A stretch of DNA of 64,000 bases from Malacoraja senta. Lineage: Eukaryota. The stretch lies in assembly GCA_038087875.1 (NCBI GenBank), contig CM075988.1:12836001-12900000 (forward strand), given 5' to 3'. The notes beneath the pieces are model-generated. The model saw nothing but the letters and a program-made list of their open reading frames with translations. It was not told the DNA's origin and made no database searches. The position numbers and the translations under genes are program-made. Position 1 is the stretch's first letter. Each line of letters begins with the position of its first letter. This document shows positions 48,966 to 61,823 of the stretch, one piece after another.

Positions 48966-51900
48966 TTATGAGAAATGCATCCAATTCACCAGTTTTCTTT
49001 TGTGGAAATGGAAGCAAATGTTTGGACTTATGCGGGCTAAACCGTAATGTCCATTTGATAGTTAAGTGCATTATATAGTCTCATCAGCACAGTGTACTGC
49101 ACTTAATTTCCAAGTTCATTCTATTGAATTCAATAGGATAAAACTCAAAGGCAGAGTGCAATACAGTGACCTGATTATATTGTGAACTTAACACGACCAA
49201 AAAAATATGGATTTCTAGGTAGTAATATTTAGGAACACTAAAATAAAATGAGAAAAAATACCGTTCATATCAAATTCCCTTCCTTGCTATTTTAGCAGAA
49301 TCCGTTATATGTAACAGACAAAATAATTCATATGGGTGTATCAAGTTTTCAAACCTTGATATGTTACACACAATTCCATTAATCCGCCTCATGTTTTGCT
49401 GAGCTTTCATGATGTGGCATAGTCTGAGTGAAGTATTTTTAAGACTTTGATAAGGCCAATATTGAACTAGTTGCTGGGAAATGGGTTGCAATGACATGAT
49501 TTAACTTACATTTATCATCTTTCTCCACTGGGAGACAATTTTACCATCAAGTTTATGTATGAAACCTAATACATGGGTCCGGTGTTATGCCATTTCACCC
49601 CATTGCATAGGGAAACTTTGCTCTATAAAGAAACAATTTGCTTCAGAACAAAAAAATATCAAGCTATTTCAGTGCACTCAGCTATATTATGGCTATTTAT
49701 TGTGGCAAACGTATTTGCTTAGCATTTGCAGTAATGATACCCTGTCAGTGCAGAAGGTGGTACCTCAGATGGTGTCTTTTTTGCTTTTCAACTAACCTGT
49801 TATTTTGTTCCATTTCTGTCTGTCCACTCAACCTCATGGGGCCTGGGCGCATTCTACTTTTTAATCTTCTTTCATTTTCATCATGTAAGTAATCATATAA
49901 CCATTGTATCCCTTTGTAATTCCATTCCATTCCCTCGACCTGGAAAAGGATAACAACCTTTGACTAGTTAAAGGATAATTGTGTTCAATTTTACTCCTGG
50001 ATGGAGTATACCTTTAGCTTACATTAATGGCTAATTAGGTGAATAAAATAATAACATATTACCTCCTGACCTATGAACCCAGGCTTCTTTACCTTATATT
50101 TTTTTGTTTTTAGGATTACTTTCTTTGATGAAAACTATTGGACCTGCTTTTATTTTGTTCACTAAAAGGAGACAGTGCTGCCTATTCATTGATCCCTGGG
50201 ATATCAAATTCTCCATTTAATAAATTAAAATGTTCAGATGTTGTATTTCTACCAATAAGAAAATGCATTCTGATTATCATTAACTTGTCAATTATCTTAG
50301 AATTATATTATTCAGGTTGGGATTGTCCAGCTAAAAATACAAATAACTGTATTTTAAGTAAACTAAAAGTGTACTTTTTTTCCCTTCAGACATGTGGAAA
50401 GAATAGTAATGAAAGGAGGGCTGTCTCTTTAAGATTTGTTTCTATGGCAGTTTGTTGACATGAATTGGCTCCTAAATGTTCTAGCTAGTGAATATAATGT
50501 CATGTTGTTAACCTGCTTTTCTTCCCACACCTCTTAAAAGTAAAACATTTTGTACTGCTGAGAGATGAAAGGAAATGGCTGACACTTGAAGTGAAATGGC
50601 TGACAACTTGTAATCAGGCTGAAACCTCAAGTTCCATTTAGATCTAACATGGCTGAATAATTGTTAGGTTGGGACTGCACTTTACAAATGTAGAATTGTA
50701 GTTCTACCATGGACGCACCAAAATTCAATGCCCATTTAGTGAGCTGCTCTGATACATCAGGTGTAGAGAAAAACATAGATCAGAGAAAGCCAAACAAAAT
50801 CAAACAGTTCATAGTTCAGATGTTAAGCAATGAGGATGAACACATTTGTGGAAATGTAGCATTACTAATTTCATAAAGAAGCAAGTAAGAACCCGCACAT
50901 GGTGAAAAATATGGCTCTGATTAAATATTCAAATATTTTGTGTTCACCTATGTTTGATTGCACTATTGGAGTGGTATAATAAGAATAATCCATGGATTTC
51001 ATGGCAGCAAGATAAAAAAACACAGCATTTCCCAATTTATTCTTTAGTCATCTTATGTTCAATTTTTTAATATTATGCCAGCTCTTTCAATCTAAATTTG
51101 TAGATTTTCAACCATAATTTCAGAAAATGCAATAATATACAGGCCATGTTTGTCACATTTTGAAGCTTTTAGCCCATTTCCTTTCACCTTTGCACTTTAT
51201 TTGCAACCCTTGATATATATTCTGTACTAACACATTACCAATTGTTGAAATCATCATTCTGGTTTCAAATTATTTGATTTGACATTCCAAAGACGGAGAC
51301 CTAATGTTCATGCTGCCCTCTATTAGTCATCTGAGTTCTATAAACATCTTCCATCAAGATTCCTGTTCATTGTCATCATTGAGAAGGTTGTTTCTTATTT
51401 TCTGTCCCTGAGCTAAAATCAAGAAAGCTATATTTCAAAATGATACATCATTTTCAGCACCTGAATGTGCCATGCTCCCATATCATCCTAAATCATGCAT
51501 AAAAATAAGTTTTAGCATTGGAAGAACAGTCAATTTAGTTGGTAAATTGAAAACAGAATTATCAGGGGATCACCTATGTATTGTGTATATGTGTGTGTGT
51601 GTGTGTGTGTGCGTTTTTTGCCTCCTGATTCCAAAGTTGTCCATTGCGTTTTCATTCGCATTCAAAGATCCCAAACAAAATCCCCCTTGTTCCCAGAGAA
51701 TATCTGGAAATTCCACTGGGATTCTGCAAATATTAGTAAAATGTTCACAAAAATGTATTTTTCACCTTTTTTAACATACATTTTCACCTCAGAGTTTCAG
51801 TGGAAAAGTAGTCAATAGAATATCCACTGAAGTAACATCATTTGGAATCAACCTGATCTTGGCCTGACAACACGATATGTCTTAAACTCCACGTCATTCA

Positions 51901-54900
51901 CTTACTTTAGCATCAATAAATGTCCAATAAATCACTTCAGTAACTCGATATGCCCAGTATAAATTCTACTGAGTAAAGCAACTCATTGTTCTGTTCCTGT
52001 AAAACTTGTGATGTAGCAACATATGAAGGTTTAACTCCACCTGTGACATTCAGCTGCATTGAGTTGAATGTCAATGAACTTAAAGGGTAAGTTCACTTGC
52101 CTACATAAATCATAACAAGATGAGATCATAACAATCAAAACGTAAAACATTGGATGAATTTCTAGTGTCAGTCAGCATCAGATCCTTACTGTTTGTCATA
52201 TACATTAACACATTGGATATGAATGTAGGAGAAATTATTGGTATATTTGCAGATGTCACAGAAACTGGTGGTATTGTTGATAATAAGGAGGGTGGTCTTG
52301 GGTTACATAACTATGTTGATCAGCTGAGAGCAGTGACAGATGGAATTCAATTGTTCAATGGTACATTATTGCCAATCCTGAGAAGTGCAAGATGCGCATG
52401 TTGCTTTTTGCATTTTAACAGATCTAATATATCCCACAAATGTAGGACACAGGAGAGTGAAGAGAAACCTCTATAGATCTGTGAAAATGACAGAAAGTCA
52501 GGTCATATGCACCACTATGATGAGGTAACAATGAAAATCTTGCTTGAATCAGCATCACAGGCACATAAAAAAACATTTTAAAAAAACACAAATTATATAT
52601 AAATCACACATAAATTCTGCAAAACGGTGAAAAGTAAAAGACTATGCAAAAAATAAAAGTAGTGCAAAAATTACTACAAATACCATTGGTCTCCATGGGT
52701 ATGGTGGACAAAAGGGTCTGTTTCTGAGCTTTATGTCTTTATGTTCCTTTTGTTAGTGATTTAGTTTCTTCACTCTTTGAAGACAGCTAAGCATTCTCCT
52801 CCACTACTTCTGCACTCCTGTGACCAGGAAAGTCAGAGCAATACATAGAACAGCTTTCCATCAGCAACTTGGTCAAAAACTAACATGTCAAAAATATCAC
52901 ACAATTAATTGATGATGTGAATTCTCATCATTCTGAATTAAAGTCAGCAGATTAAAATGATAGACAACACTTTAATCAAATTCTAATGTTAATGTGGTTT
53001 TATTAAATTTACTCATTACAATTTAAAACTGTGTTGCAAAAGATTCTAAATTTGACAGATTGTGTTTAACTTTTTATTAGCAAATTTGTCTTAAAGCTAT
53101 CAGAAAGCATCGTACTTTTTGGTACGTGATGTCATCTTTGAAAGTCCACTTTGTCATTTAATTACAATGTATATTGATTTAATTTACTCAAAATCCTCTT
53201 GAATTGCATCTATTTAATTTACAACTGTGCTTGGACACCAGAAGGACATTTAAATAAACAGCCATGTTTATTGGATCTGAGCTAGTCACGAACAACATAA
53301 TTTCCTTTAGTATTTCCACTAACTCAACGTAAACGTAATATTTGAATTAAAAAAATATTTCAAAGCTAATTTTGAAATGAAAAGCAAATTTGCCTTTCAC
53401 TGATGATTCCTGTTGTCTGAAAAATATGTTGGTTGCAATGGCAGTGCCACTCTTTAGTATGTCCACTTTGTTGGAGGGACCCAGTGTTCTTAAAATCGGA
53501 TTCAAATCTCTGCACCACCTCCAGTAAGTTACGATTCTGTATGTTTGTCCCCGAGAAGATAAGAAGAGTCTCGACCCAAAACGTCACCCATTCCTTCTCT
53601 CCAGACTTGCTGCCTGTCCTGCTGAGTTACTCCAGCATTTTGTGTCTGTCTTATATCTTTCAATACAGTTTTTAAAATCGCATCCTAGCATGGACATTGA
53701 TTTGTGCCATTTCTGATATTATTCTCTTGGTACAAACAGCAGCATGGAGATGATTCTTACAAAATTGTTTGATGCAGATAACACTTGGGTATCTATGATG
53801 TGGTGGGAATTTTGTTTTGTGTTCTTGAGTTACCACAAATTTAGCTGAAACGTGCCCAAATTAACGTAATTTATAGCAGTCTGTGTTTAAAACAAAAGTC
53901 ATCTCATTTAGTTTGGTCTGCAGTTTCTAATGGTGAAAGAAAACATGCCATCCTTTAATACCACCTTGTTCTAATGGTGTACTGGACACTATTTCCTAAA
54001 AAACGATTCACTTTAAAAATACCTAACTCGTGTTGAGAAAAGGAACCTGTAATATCTGACAGATATGAATCAAATTCTGGTCTTGGTAAAGATTTGTATT
54101 GCAACTCCAGGAGTCTAGCATCATTACATCTAGAGAGCAGCAGGTATCCAACATGACCTGTCCCATATTTTAACCATAATAGTAGTTCACACTACAGGAA
54201 CCCATGGAAAAATAGAGGTTGCATTGATTTAGGATGGAATGGGTGCAGGGTGCAAGAAAAAAAGATGTGTTTTTTATCTTTGGCAAGAATCCAATTCAAT
54301 TTTATGTAGAGAGAAATTCCTGTTGTTTAGGTAAGTGTTTCATTTAACCATTCATCTGTGTTTTTCCATTAAAGAAAATGAAGTTTGTGCAAACTGAGAT
54401 TAATAGCACCTGCAGAGCAGTTTGTTCAAAGTTAAATCACCAATTTTGGTGACAAAAGGTTGAAGCTGTCATTGGCGATATTTGGAAGCTAACTACATGC
54501 TGTTTGGAGCGGGAATGTTAATACAAATAAAGAATCAGACATTTTAAGTAATAATTTTTGCAAACACATCTATTGATTCAAACTTTGCTTATTTTTGCAT
54601 AATTTGCATTGATATTGTTGCAAACATCCATTTAAAAATAAATGATTTGTCATAGTTAAAAGAACATAGATACTTCATTATAAGCAATCTTTCAATTAAC
54701 CAATCCATTACGTTTTAAAACAATTTTGAATAAATTTGCAATCAACTTTTTCTATTGACAAATCTTCATTCCGCCTGCAGCCTGAAGTAATACATGCTTC
54801 TTGAATTGAATATCCAGTTCTTTAAATGTCATTGTATGAGTCCGGATTCACTGTGTAGCAGAAGACCTCACTGAGCTTTCCGCAGCCCACATGTCTTTTT

Positions 54901-57900
54901 CAAGCAATAGCAAACAGCTATTTGTTCCTGATAACAGTTTCATGGAACAGCCCCTCCATGAGAAAGGGAACCTTCGAGAGCCCACAGGTTGAATAATTAA
55001 CAGAGACGTTTTTCAAGCATTACCCCTTAAAATGCCCATCTATTGTTGAGTGAGTGTCTTAATCAGGTTTGCAGTTGCTGATGAGGATGTTGGCACCACT
55101 CCTTCTGCTAAAGACATGGGAAGCAGTCTTAACCAGACACTTCAAAAAGGGAGAAGAGATCCTTCTCTGGTATTCAGTTAGCCCTCAATCAATTACTTTG
55201 CTAACTTTGTGCGAAACCGAATCCTAAAGTGACCATGTTCTGCGGTGTGGTACCAGGTAAATGTTGCTGGGGTATACAATACAAAGGCATATTCTGAAAT
55301 ACATTCTAATATGTTAGACTTATAGCTAGGCAGTTCTCTCACTTAAGATAAGCAGAAAATCCGGCTGCCTCCAGTTGTTGGAATCTTCACCCAGAAAAAG
55401 GTTTAACATCTAGGTGGGTTAATGCCCAGATATTAGCTGTTGTTTCATTTTGGGTTGCCATTATTGGTAAGGAAGAATGGGATTGATTGCTCTTGTTTTG
55501 TCTACAACACATGAAATAATTAATTTGGGTTTCTCAAAAGTGCCTTTCCTAGCACTGGACCTTCGATTTTTGAATGCATGTATTTAGTTCTGGATTTTAT
55601 CATCTGATGCATCATATGACTAATACTGAAATCCTGTATTGAAGTTTCCTCCACACTCTTGTTGCAACTTAGTTTACATTTAAATTGTTTATCATAAGCT
55701 TTTTGCTTTCTTCAATTTTTTTTTAGAAGAGAAAACTTCTACAATTCTTGCAAATTGGAAAGGTTTGTAAAATGAAAGAAGTTAAAAAATGCATGAAACA
55801 AATTATAACTGCACTACAACTTAACAGTCTCTGTGAGTTCTAAGAATGCTAAACTAAATGCTGGTGATCAAGCAAATAAATTAACATATTAACAAAATAA
55901 ATTGGTCTTCAGTACCTATACTGTTGTTGCCTCTTTAAAGCTTCTAAGTAAAATTTGCTCCATTAATTAATTCCCAATATTCAAATCCCTTTAAAATGTC
56001 TGTTGCTTTGTAGTGTTTCCAATCATCTAGTCCAATTAGCACAGTTGTAGTGACCTGGTTTAGTCATTTAGTTTGATGTACTGAATGCATTGTAAACATG
56101 TGCATGTATGTGTTTAAAGTTTTCATCAGTAGCAATGGATCATTTCGGATTGTGAACGAAATTATTCGAAATTATAATTTCGATATATATTGCTTTTTTT
56201 TTTAATTGTGTTTTAAAACATTTTTCATGGAAAGTATTTACAGCCAAATCCCTTGGTAAGATCAACCAAGAATGTTTAATGATTTAGGAGAGGATTGATC
56301 TTGCTGGGCATGGTTTGGTTATTAATAATTTATTTTTACCAATGTTGTATTATAGCACATTTTTAATGTTACTCCGTTGCCTGTTTTCATAGGTTAATTT
56401 AAAATATATTGGATATATAAGAACATGTAATAGATTTTATGGTTGAGAAATTGCTGGAGAAACAATGGCTTGTTTAAGATATCCCCCCAATATTAAGACA
56501 TATCTCCCAATCATCTCTGCCACCCCCTCCTACCCCAAGCTGTTTGTGTTCATGAAGGGATGTGTCCTGAATTGCAAATCACCACAAGCTGCTGGTTAAT
56601 TTTTGCTGCTCCATCACTTGCTGTACAAATCCTTAATGTCTATCTCGATTGAGTGTGCAGAAATAGGTGTTTTGGGAGTATTTTTGAATCTCTTATTTCT
56701 TTATTGTGTCCTTTTTTCTCCCTCTCAACATCTTCCCGTTCATTGCCTTCAATTTAATTTCTTTCTGCACTCTGTTTAGCTCTATTTCCTTCATTTTCTG
56801 TGTCATGCCATCTGTCCCCCATTTTCACGTTGCATTGAATAAGGTTACAGGCCGCTGGATCCAACGTTCAAGAGGTCCCAGATGCGCCTTTAACCTTGCT
56901 GCAATGTTTTCGAGTTGCATTTCCTAGCAGCTTGCAGTGCAAATGTGCAGCGACTTTAAGGCTGAGATAATCATTTTCCAATTCACTGTGCCTGGCCAAG
57001 TCAAACTGCTCCAGCAATAGCTGAACCATTGTGGAAGAAGAGTTGCTAACTTTTGAAATTGAACTGTGGGGTAATAGGCCCAAATGCTGAATTGATTCTC
57101 CTTCAACAATCATAGCTAAAACAAATATTGAAAGTTAAATCACTTGTTTCATTTAAACACATTGATATCTCTGCTGCAACAGCAGAACATGGAATTTTAG
57201 GTCAACCCCATATGCATTTGTACCCATTGTTGCCTCAGTGTAATTCGTGTCCTTGTGATTATTACTTACTGTTAAATTATCTTTGACAGTCAGACATGCC
57301 TCTATTTTGTGGCATGAGGTAACTCCTGTTACCTTTTCCCTTAATTGCCTATTACTACAACAGAGAGACTTCTTTCTCTCTGCATTTTAAGGGTAGTACA
57401 AGATGGTAAAACATAAGGCTGAAAGTGCCATTTAGTCTGTCAATCCGCAAAGCACCTTGTTAAATTGCTTTCATTCTGATGGTACGGTAAGAATGTATTT
57501 TATACAGTAACATTGTAAATTGTGATTCTAACAAGAATTCTCATCATCCTTCAATATTGACATCAAAATGTAGTCACTGAAAGGTTTCTGAGGGTGCATT
57601 TAAATTTTCAGAGGAACAGGATGCACTCAGTCATCAAATGGCCGCAGGTACACAAAACATTTTCCCCGTGCCTTCATTCTTTCAGCGGCTGCTCCGTATA
57701 ATAATTATACTTTTCCTTTTAGATCAACTCCGATATAATTTCACGAATGTCCCTGAAAAAAATGACCTAATTGTTTGGACTCTGAGTTAATATCGAAGAG
57801 GAAGTCCCATTCATTGAACAATGTCTGCTAAAGATTAGTATTTAATGCCATTGGCTGTCTGTGTCTATTATTGGATTGGAAATGATTTACTACCAATTAA

Positions 57901-58109
57901 ATAGGAAGCATCTAAGCAAAAGTAAGAGGAGGCTTTCTCGGATCATCTGAACATGATAAAAATTGTGAGCGCCCTATAATTAATTAACAGATATTTCAAA
58001 CTGAATTTGTTAACATTTCATTTTGAAATGTCCCCGAGTGTATAGAAACAGTGAAAACAACTTTTGACAGCAGCAAGATGTCAGAAACCATCAGAGTAGT
58101 ACTGTGTCA

Positions 58110-58620
58110 AAGAGTCACAGAGTCTTACAGTGTGGAAACAGGCCTTTCGGCCCTACTTGCCCACACCAGTCAACATGTCTCACCTGCCTGCGTTTGTCCC
58201 ATATCCCTCTAAACCTGTCCAATCCATGTACTTGTCCAAGTGTTTCTTTAATGTTGCTATAGTACCTGCCTCAACTACATCCTCTGGCAGCTTGTTCCAT
58301 ACACCTACCACCCTTTGTGTGAAAAATTTACCCCTCGGGTTCCCATTAAATCTTTCTCCCCTCACCTTAAACCTATGTCCTCTGGTTCTCGATTCCCCAG
58401 CTCTGGGCAAGAGATTCTGTGCATCTACCCGATCTATTCCTCTCATGATTTTGTAAGCCTCTATAAGTTCACTCCTCATCCTCCTGTGCTCCAAGGAATA
58501 GAGTCCTAGCCAGCTTAACCTCCCCCTATAACTCAGGCCCTTAGGTCCTGGCAACATCCTCGGAAATCTTCTCTGCACCCTTTCCAGCTTGATAACATCT
58601 TTCCTGTAACATAGTGCCCA
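58110..58620 (-). mobile_element. CR1/HER1-like LINE 3' fragment
   Basis: ORF 58180-58683 encodes YRKDVIKLERVQRRFPRMLPG...FFTQRVVGVWNKLPE. Confidence 0.92.
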
Positions 58621-59619
58621 TGGTACTGGAGCCAGAGTTTCAGGTTTCACCACCTCATGCCCAGGAATCCTATGCAATCTCATGGCAGATATGAGGTCCC
58701 CAGCGTGACACTGTTGCAGCAGATAAAGGCACCTGTGATATTGGTGTAAGTGGGTGGATCCAGCTGGATTGGCCCATTACATCAGTTATTTTTCAGAAGA
58801 ACTCCTGTAAAGAAATATCCATCAAGAGGCAAAGAAAATCTGACCATGCACATCATTTTTTTCAAATCCTCAAACTCTTCTATCATGCATCTTAATAGTC
58901 CGACCTAAATTGTCCTGTGATTTTATCCATTAGTCAGCTATCCAGAGAAATATCTTTTACTCCTAATGTATTACAAGTGTGTCCCATGAGAATCTTAGCT
59001 GTCCACACTTTGCGGACATGATTATTGAGGTGGGGAGTTTAACAGGAATCCAATCATCCAGTGCCTTATTTTAACACAGTGAACCAAACCAACATATGAT
59101 CAACCCGACTCCAATCCAAGTCTCAGAAGATCACTGGCTTCTGTATCAGTGTGATTTCTTACCGTATTGATGAATTCTATTGCAACACAGAATAAGATTC
59201 GAATAAATGGAGAAAGTGACTTGCACTAAGACATACTAGATCAGATTGCAACTCATTTGTATGGTTTGAAACTTTGAACATTGCATAAACTACTACTTCC
59301 TACCATAACATATTAAGGAAGTAGAACTAAAATTTGCCAACAAAACCCCACACACAAAATGCAGTAAAATGTAAATACCTGCTTGATGCAGCTGAGAGCT
59401 GAATTTATATACACAATTTGATTTAACTTAGGATTTTCACAGTGAAATGTAAAACATATTATTCCAGAGGTGAAGGGAATGCAATAGATTGACTTTCTGG
59501 ACAGTATTGAGATACAAATTCATTGCCAAACACATGTATTAAGCTGGCATTTTACTGCGTATGTGTTGAACTGGTGTTGTGGAAGCAGAGTTCAACATAT
59601 CTCACCCCATCGTGCATTT

Positions 59620-59930
59620 GGGTTTAGTTTTATTAATGTCACAGTGAATAGCTTTGTTTTGCATGCTATCCAATCAGATTAAATAATACTGTACATAGAT
59701 ACAATCGCATCAAACTCAACTACAATGGAGAGAGCAAGGGGGAAGATACAGAGTGCACAATATAGTTCTCAGCATTGTAGTGTACCAGTTCCATAAACAA
59801 AGTCCAATAACCGCAATGGGGCAGTGGTGAATTGGACAGTAGACCAGCTAATGGAAGGACTGTTCTGCAGCCTGATAACAGAGGGGAAGAAGCTGTTCCT
59901 GAGTCTGGTAGTGCACGCTTTCAAGCTTCG
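59620..59930 (-). mobile_element. Rex1/Babar-type LINE 3' end
   Basis: GCCTGATAACAGAGGGGAAGAAGCTGTTCCTGAGTCTGG is the antisense of TRLRNSFFPSVIRL; similar to 19890-20385. Confidence 0.68.
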
Positions 59931-60105
59931 GTGACGAATGATGGATTTCTATCCCATGATGTTCCTTAACATCCAATGATTTCAAAGCTTGCCAGCACAT
60001 CTCAGAAGCAATTCAGGGTCAGACTGAATTACAATCTGCATCACAGGGAGCTGAAAACGATGGCGCATGTCACTAAGCTGGTAATATGTGCTTGTCAATC
60101 CACAG

Positions 60106-60209
60106 GTCCCGGAACAGTGCTTGACGGGAATAACCGCGCTCCCGCAGGAAAGACTCCGTCACTATGGCTACTGGTGATACTCTTCGTCCACTTCCTCTTC
60201 AAATTTTGA
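60106..60209 (+). CDS. OPCML: Terminal coding exon: GPI-anchor signal
   Basis: Acceptor aatccacag|GT, phase 1. Encodes GPGTVLDGNNRAPAGKTPSLWLLVILFVHFLFKF-stop, matching the OPCML/NTM C-terminus (GPGAVIDG...LWL...HFFIKF) with a hydrophobic tail. Confidence 0.92.
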
Positions 60210-60259
60210 CGTGACGTGCCCCCACTGAACAGCGCACTGCCTCTAACCCGAACAGAACA

Positions 60260-60265
60260 AATAAA
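60260..60265 (+). promoter_or_regulatory. Candidate proximal polyadenylation signal AATAAA
   Basis: AATAAA about 50 nt after the stop codon, with U/GU-rich sequence downstream. Other candidates are ATTAAA near 60716 and AATAAA at 62398. Usage cannot be determined from sequence. Confidence 0.3.
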
Positions 60266-61589
60266 CTTTGCCTTGCACAGATTGTGCACAGGCTACGAAA
60301 CATCGCGTATAGGTTCTGTGCTGACAAGTATTTGTTTTTTTTGTGAGTCCATACTGATATTTCCCCTCTGTTGGCTGCAGGGCGCTGGTGCATAATTGCT
60401 GTCGAACTGTTAGTTCGGTTACTGTTGATTTTCCAATTTTTAATCCTCCATGTTTTAGCTGATGTAGTGTTTACATATTTTATGCTTTTAATGATGTTTA
60501 TTTATGCAGGTACCTTTCCCTCACGTACGTAAAGCTGTCTGGTTTTACTGGGTGGATAATATAATTTACCTGTATACTATTTGTAGACTACCAGTAAATA
60601 ATGTAATATGCCTGTAGACCATTGGCTAATTAACAGGTGGACTATAGCCCATTGGCGAGCTGAGCAAATGTTTAGCAGACAAGCTGCACACTTATAACAA
60701 AAGGGGCAGTTTTGCATTAAAGTTTAAGGATCCTTATCTTAGAGCAATTCTATTTCAGAAATATATCTCACTAACGTTTAGGCCCATATCGACTATCACC
60801 ATAATATATAAATTGTGGAAACTAATACAATTGTATCCGTCATGTACGTTAAAGTAAATATATAACTCCTCAGTTTCCATTTGATTGCGTATTATGTGTG
60901 CACATAACCATATTTCTGCACTGGGTCCAATATACTTACAACATTTGCTGAAGGCTTTTCCAGTGACCAGAATTGATAACCAACCACCAGATAATGCGAG
61001 TGACCATTTGAAAACGCATCCTGGCAAAGCCTTTTCAGCATCCTGTACTATTGGTGTCTCCAAGTTTCTGTGTTACTAGTTTATAAAAAGGGAAGCCATG
61101 TGATTGCTTAAAGCTGCAGTATCCCTTTTATTTTGTTGGCATGATGCATTTCAATGCGAAATTAAATGTAAACAATGGTACCCGTTTGAAAACTACTTCT
61201 GGCTACGTGAGATTTTGTTCTGATTTCTTTGTTGCAGAAGATGGTTGGAATAATCTTGGAGGTAATGTTAGACATCTTGCACTTCAAATGTTTGCAGTTA
61301 TTTTAATCAAGCTGTTATTGTTCACTTTTCATTTATTTCAAGTTGAGGGATCTCAACTTGAGGGATAGACAGTATGATCAATTGCTGAGCTAGCCTCAGG
61401 CAGCAGATAATGGTGCACTTGTATCACATGGTACACACATACCTAAGAGTTGACCCTGTCACTAGCACTAAACAGGTCACAGAGCAGTTCTACTTTCATG
61501 TGAAATTCTGTTTCAGTCAACAAAGTCAAATTTTGAAAGCAAAGTACAACTTCTACTGTGTCACTCGGTTAGTGCTACTTTTTCTTTTG

Positions 61590-61823
61590 GGAAGGAGATG
61601 AGGAGAAATGTATTTAGTCAGAGGGTGGTGAATCTGTGGAATTCTTTGCCACAGAAGGCTGTAGAGGCCAGGTCAGTGGATATTTTTAAGGGCGAGATAG
61701 ATAGATTTTCGATTAGTACAGCTTTCAGAAGTTATGGGGAGAAAGCAGGAGAACAGGGTTAGGAGGGTGAGATAGATCAACCATGATTCAATGGCCCAAT
61801 TCCACTCCTATCCCTTATGACCT
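61590..61823 (+). mobile_element. CR1 LINE 3' fragment downstream of the stop codon (3' UTR or flank)
   Basis: GAGGAGAAATGTATTTAGTCAGAGGGTGGTGAATCTGTGGAATTC, similar to 9300-9550. Confidence 0.82.
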
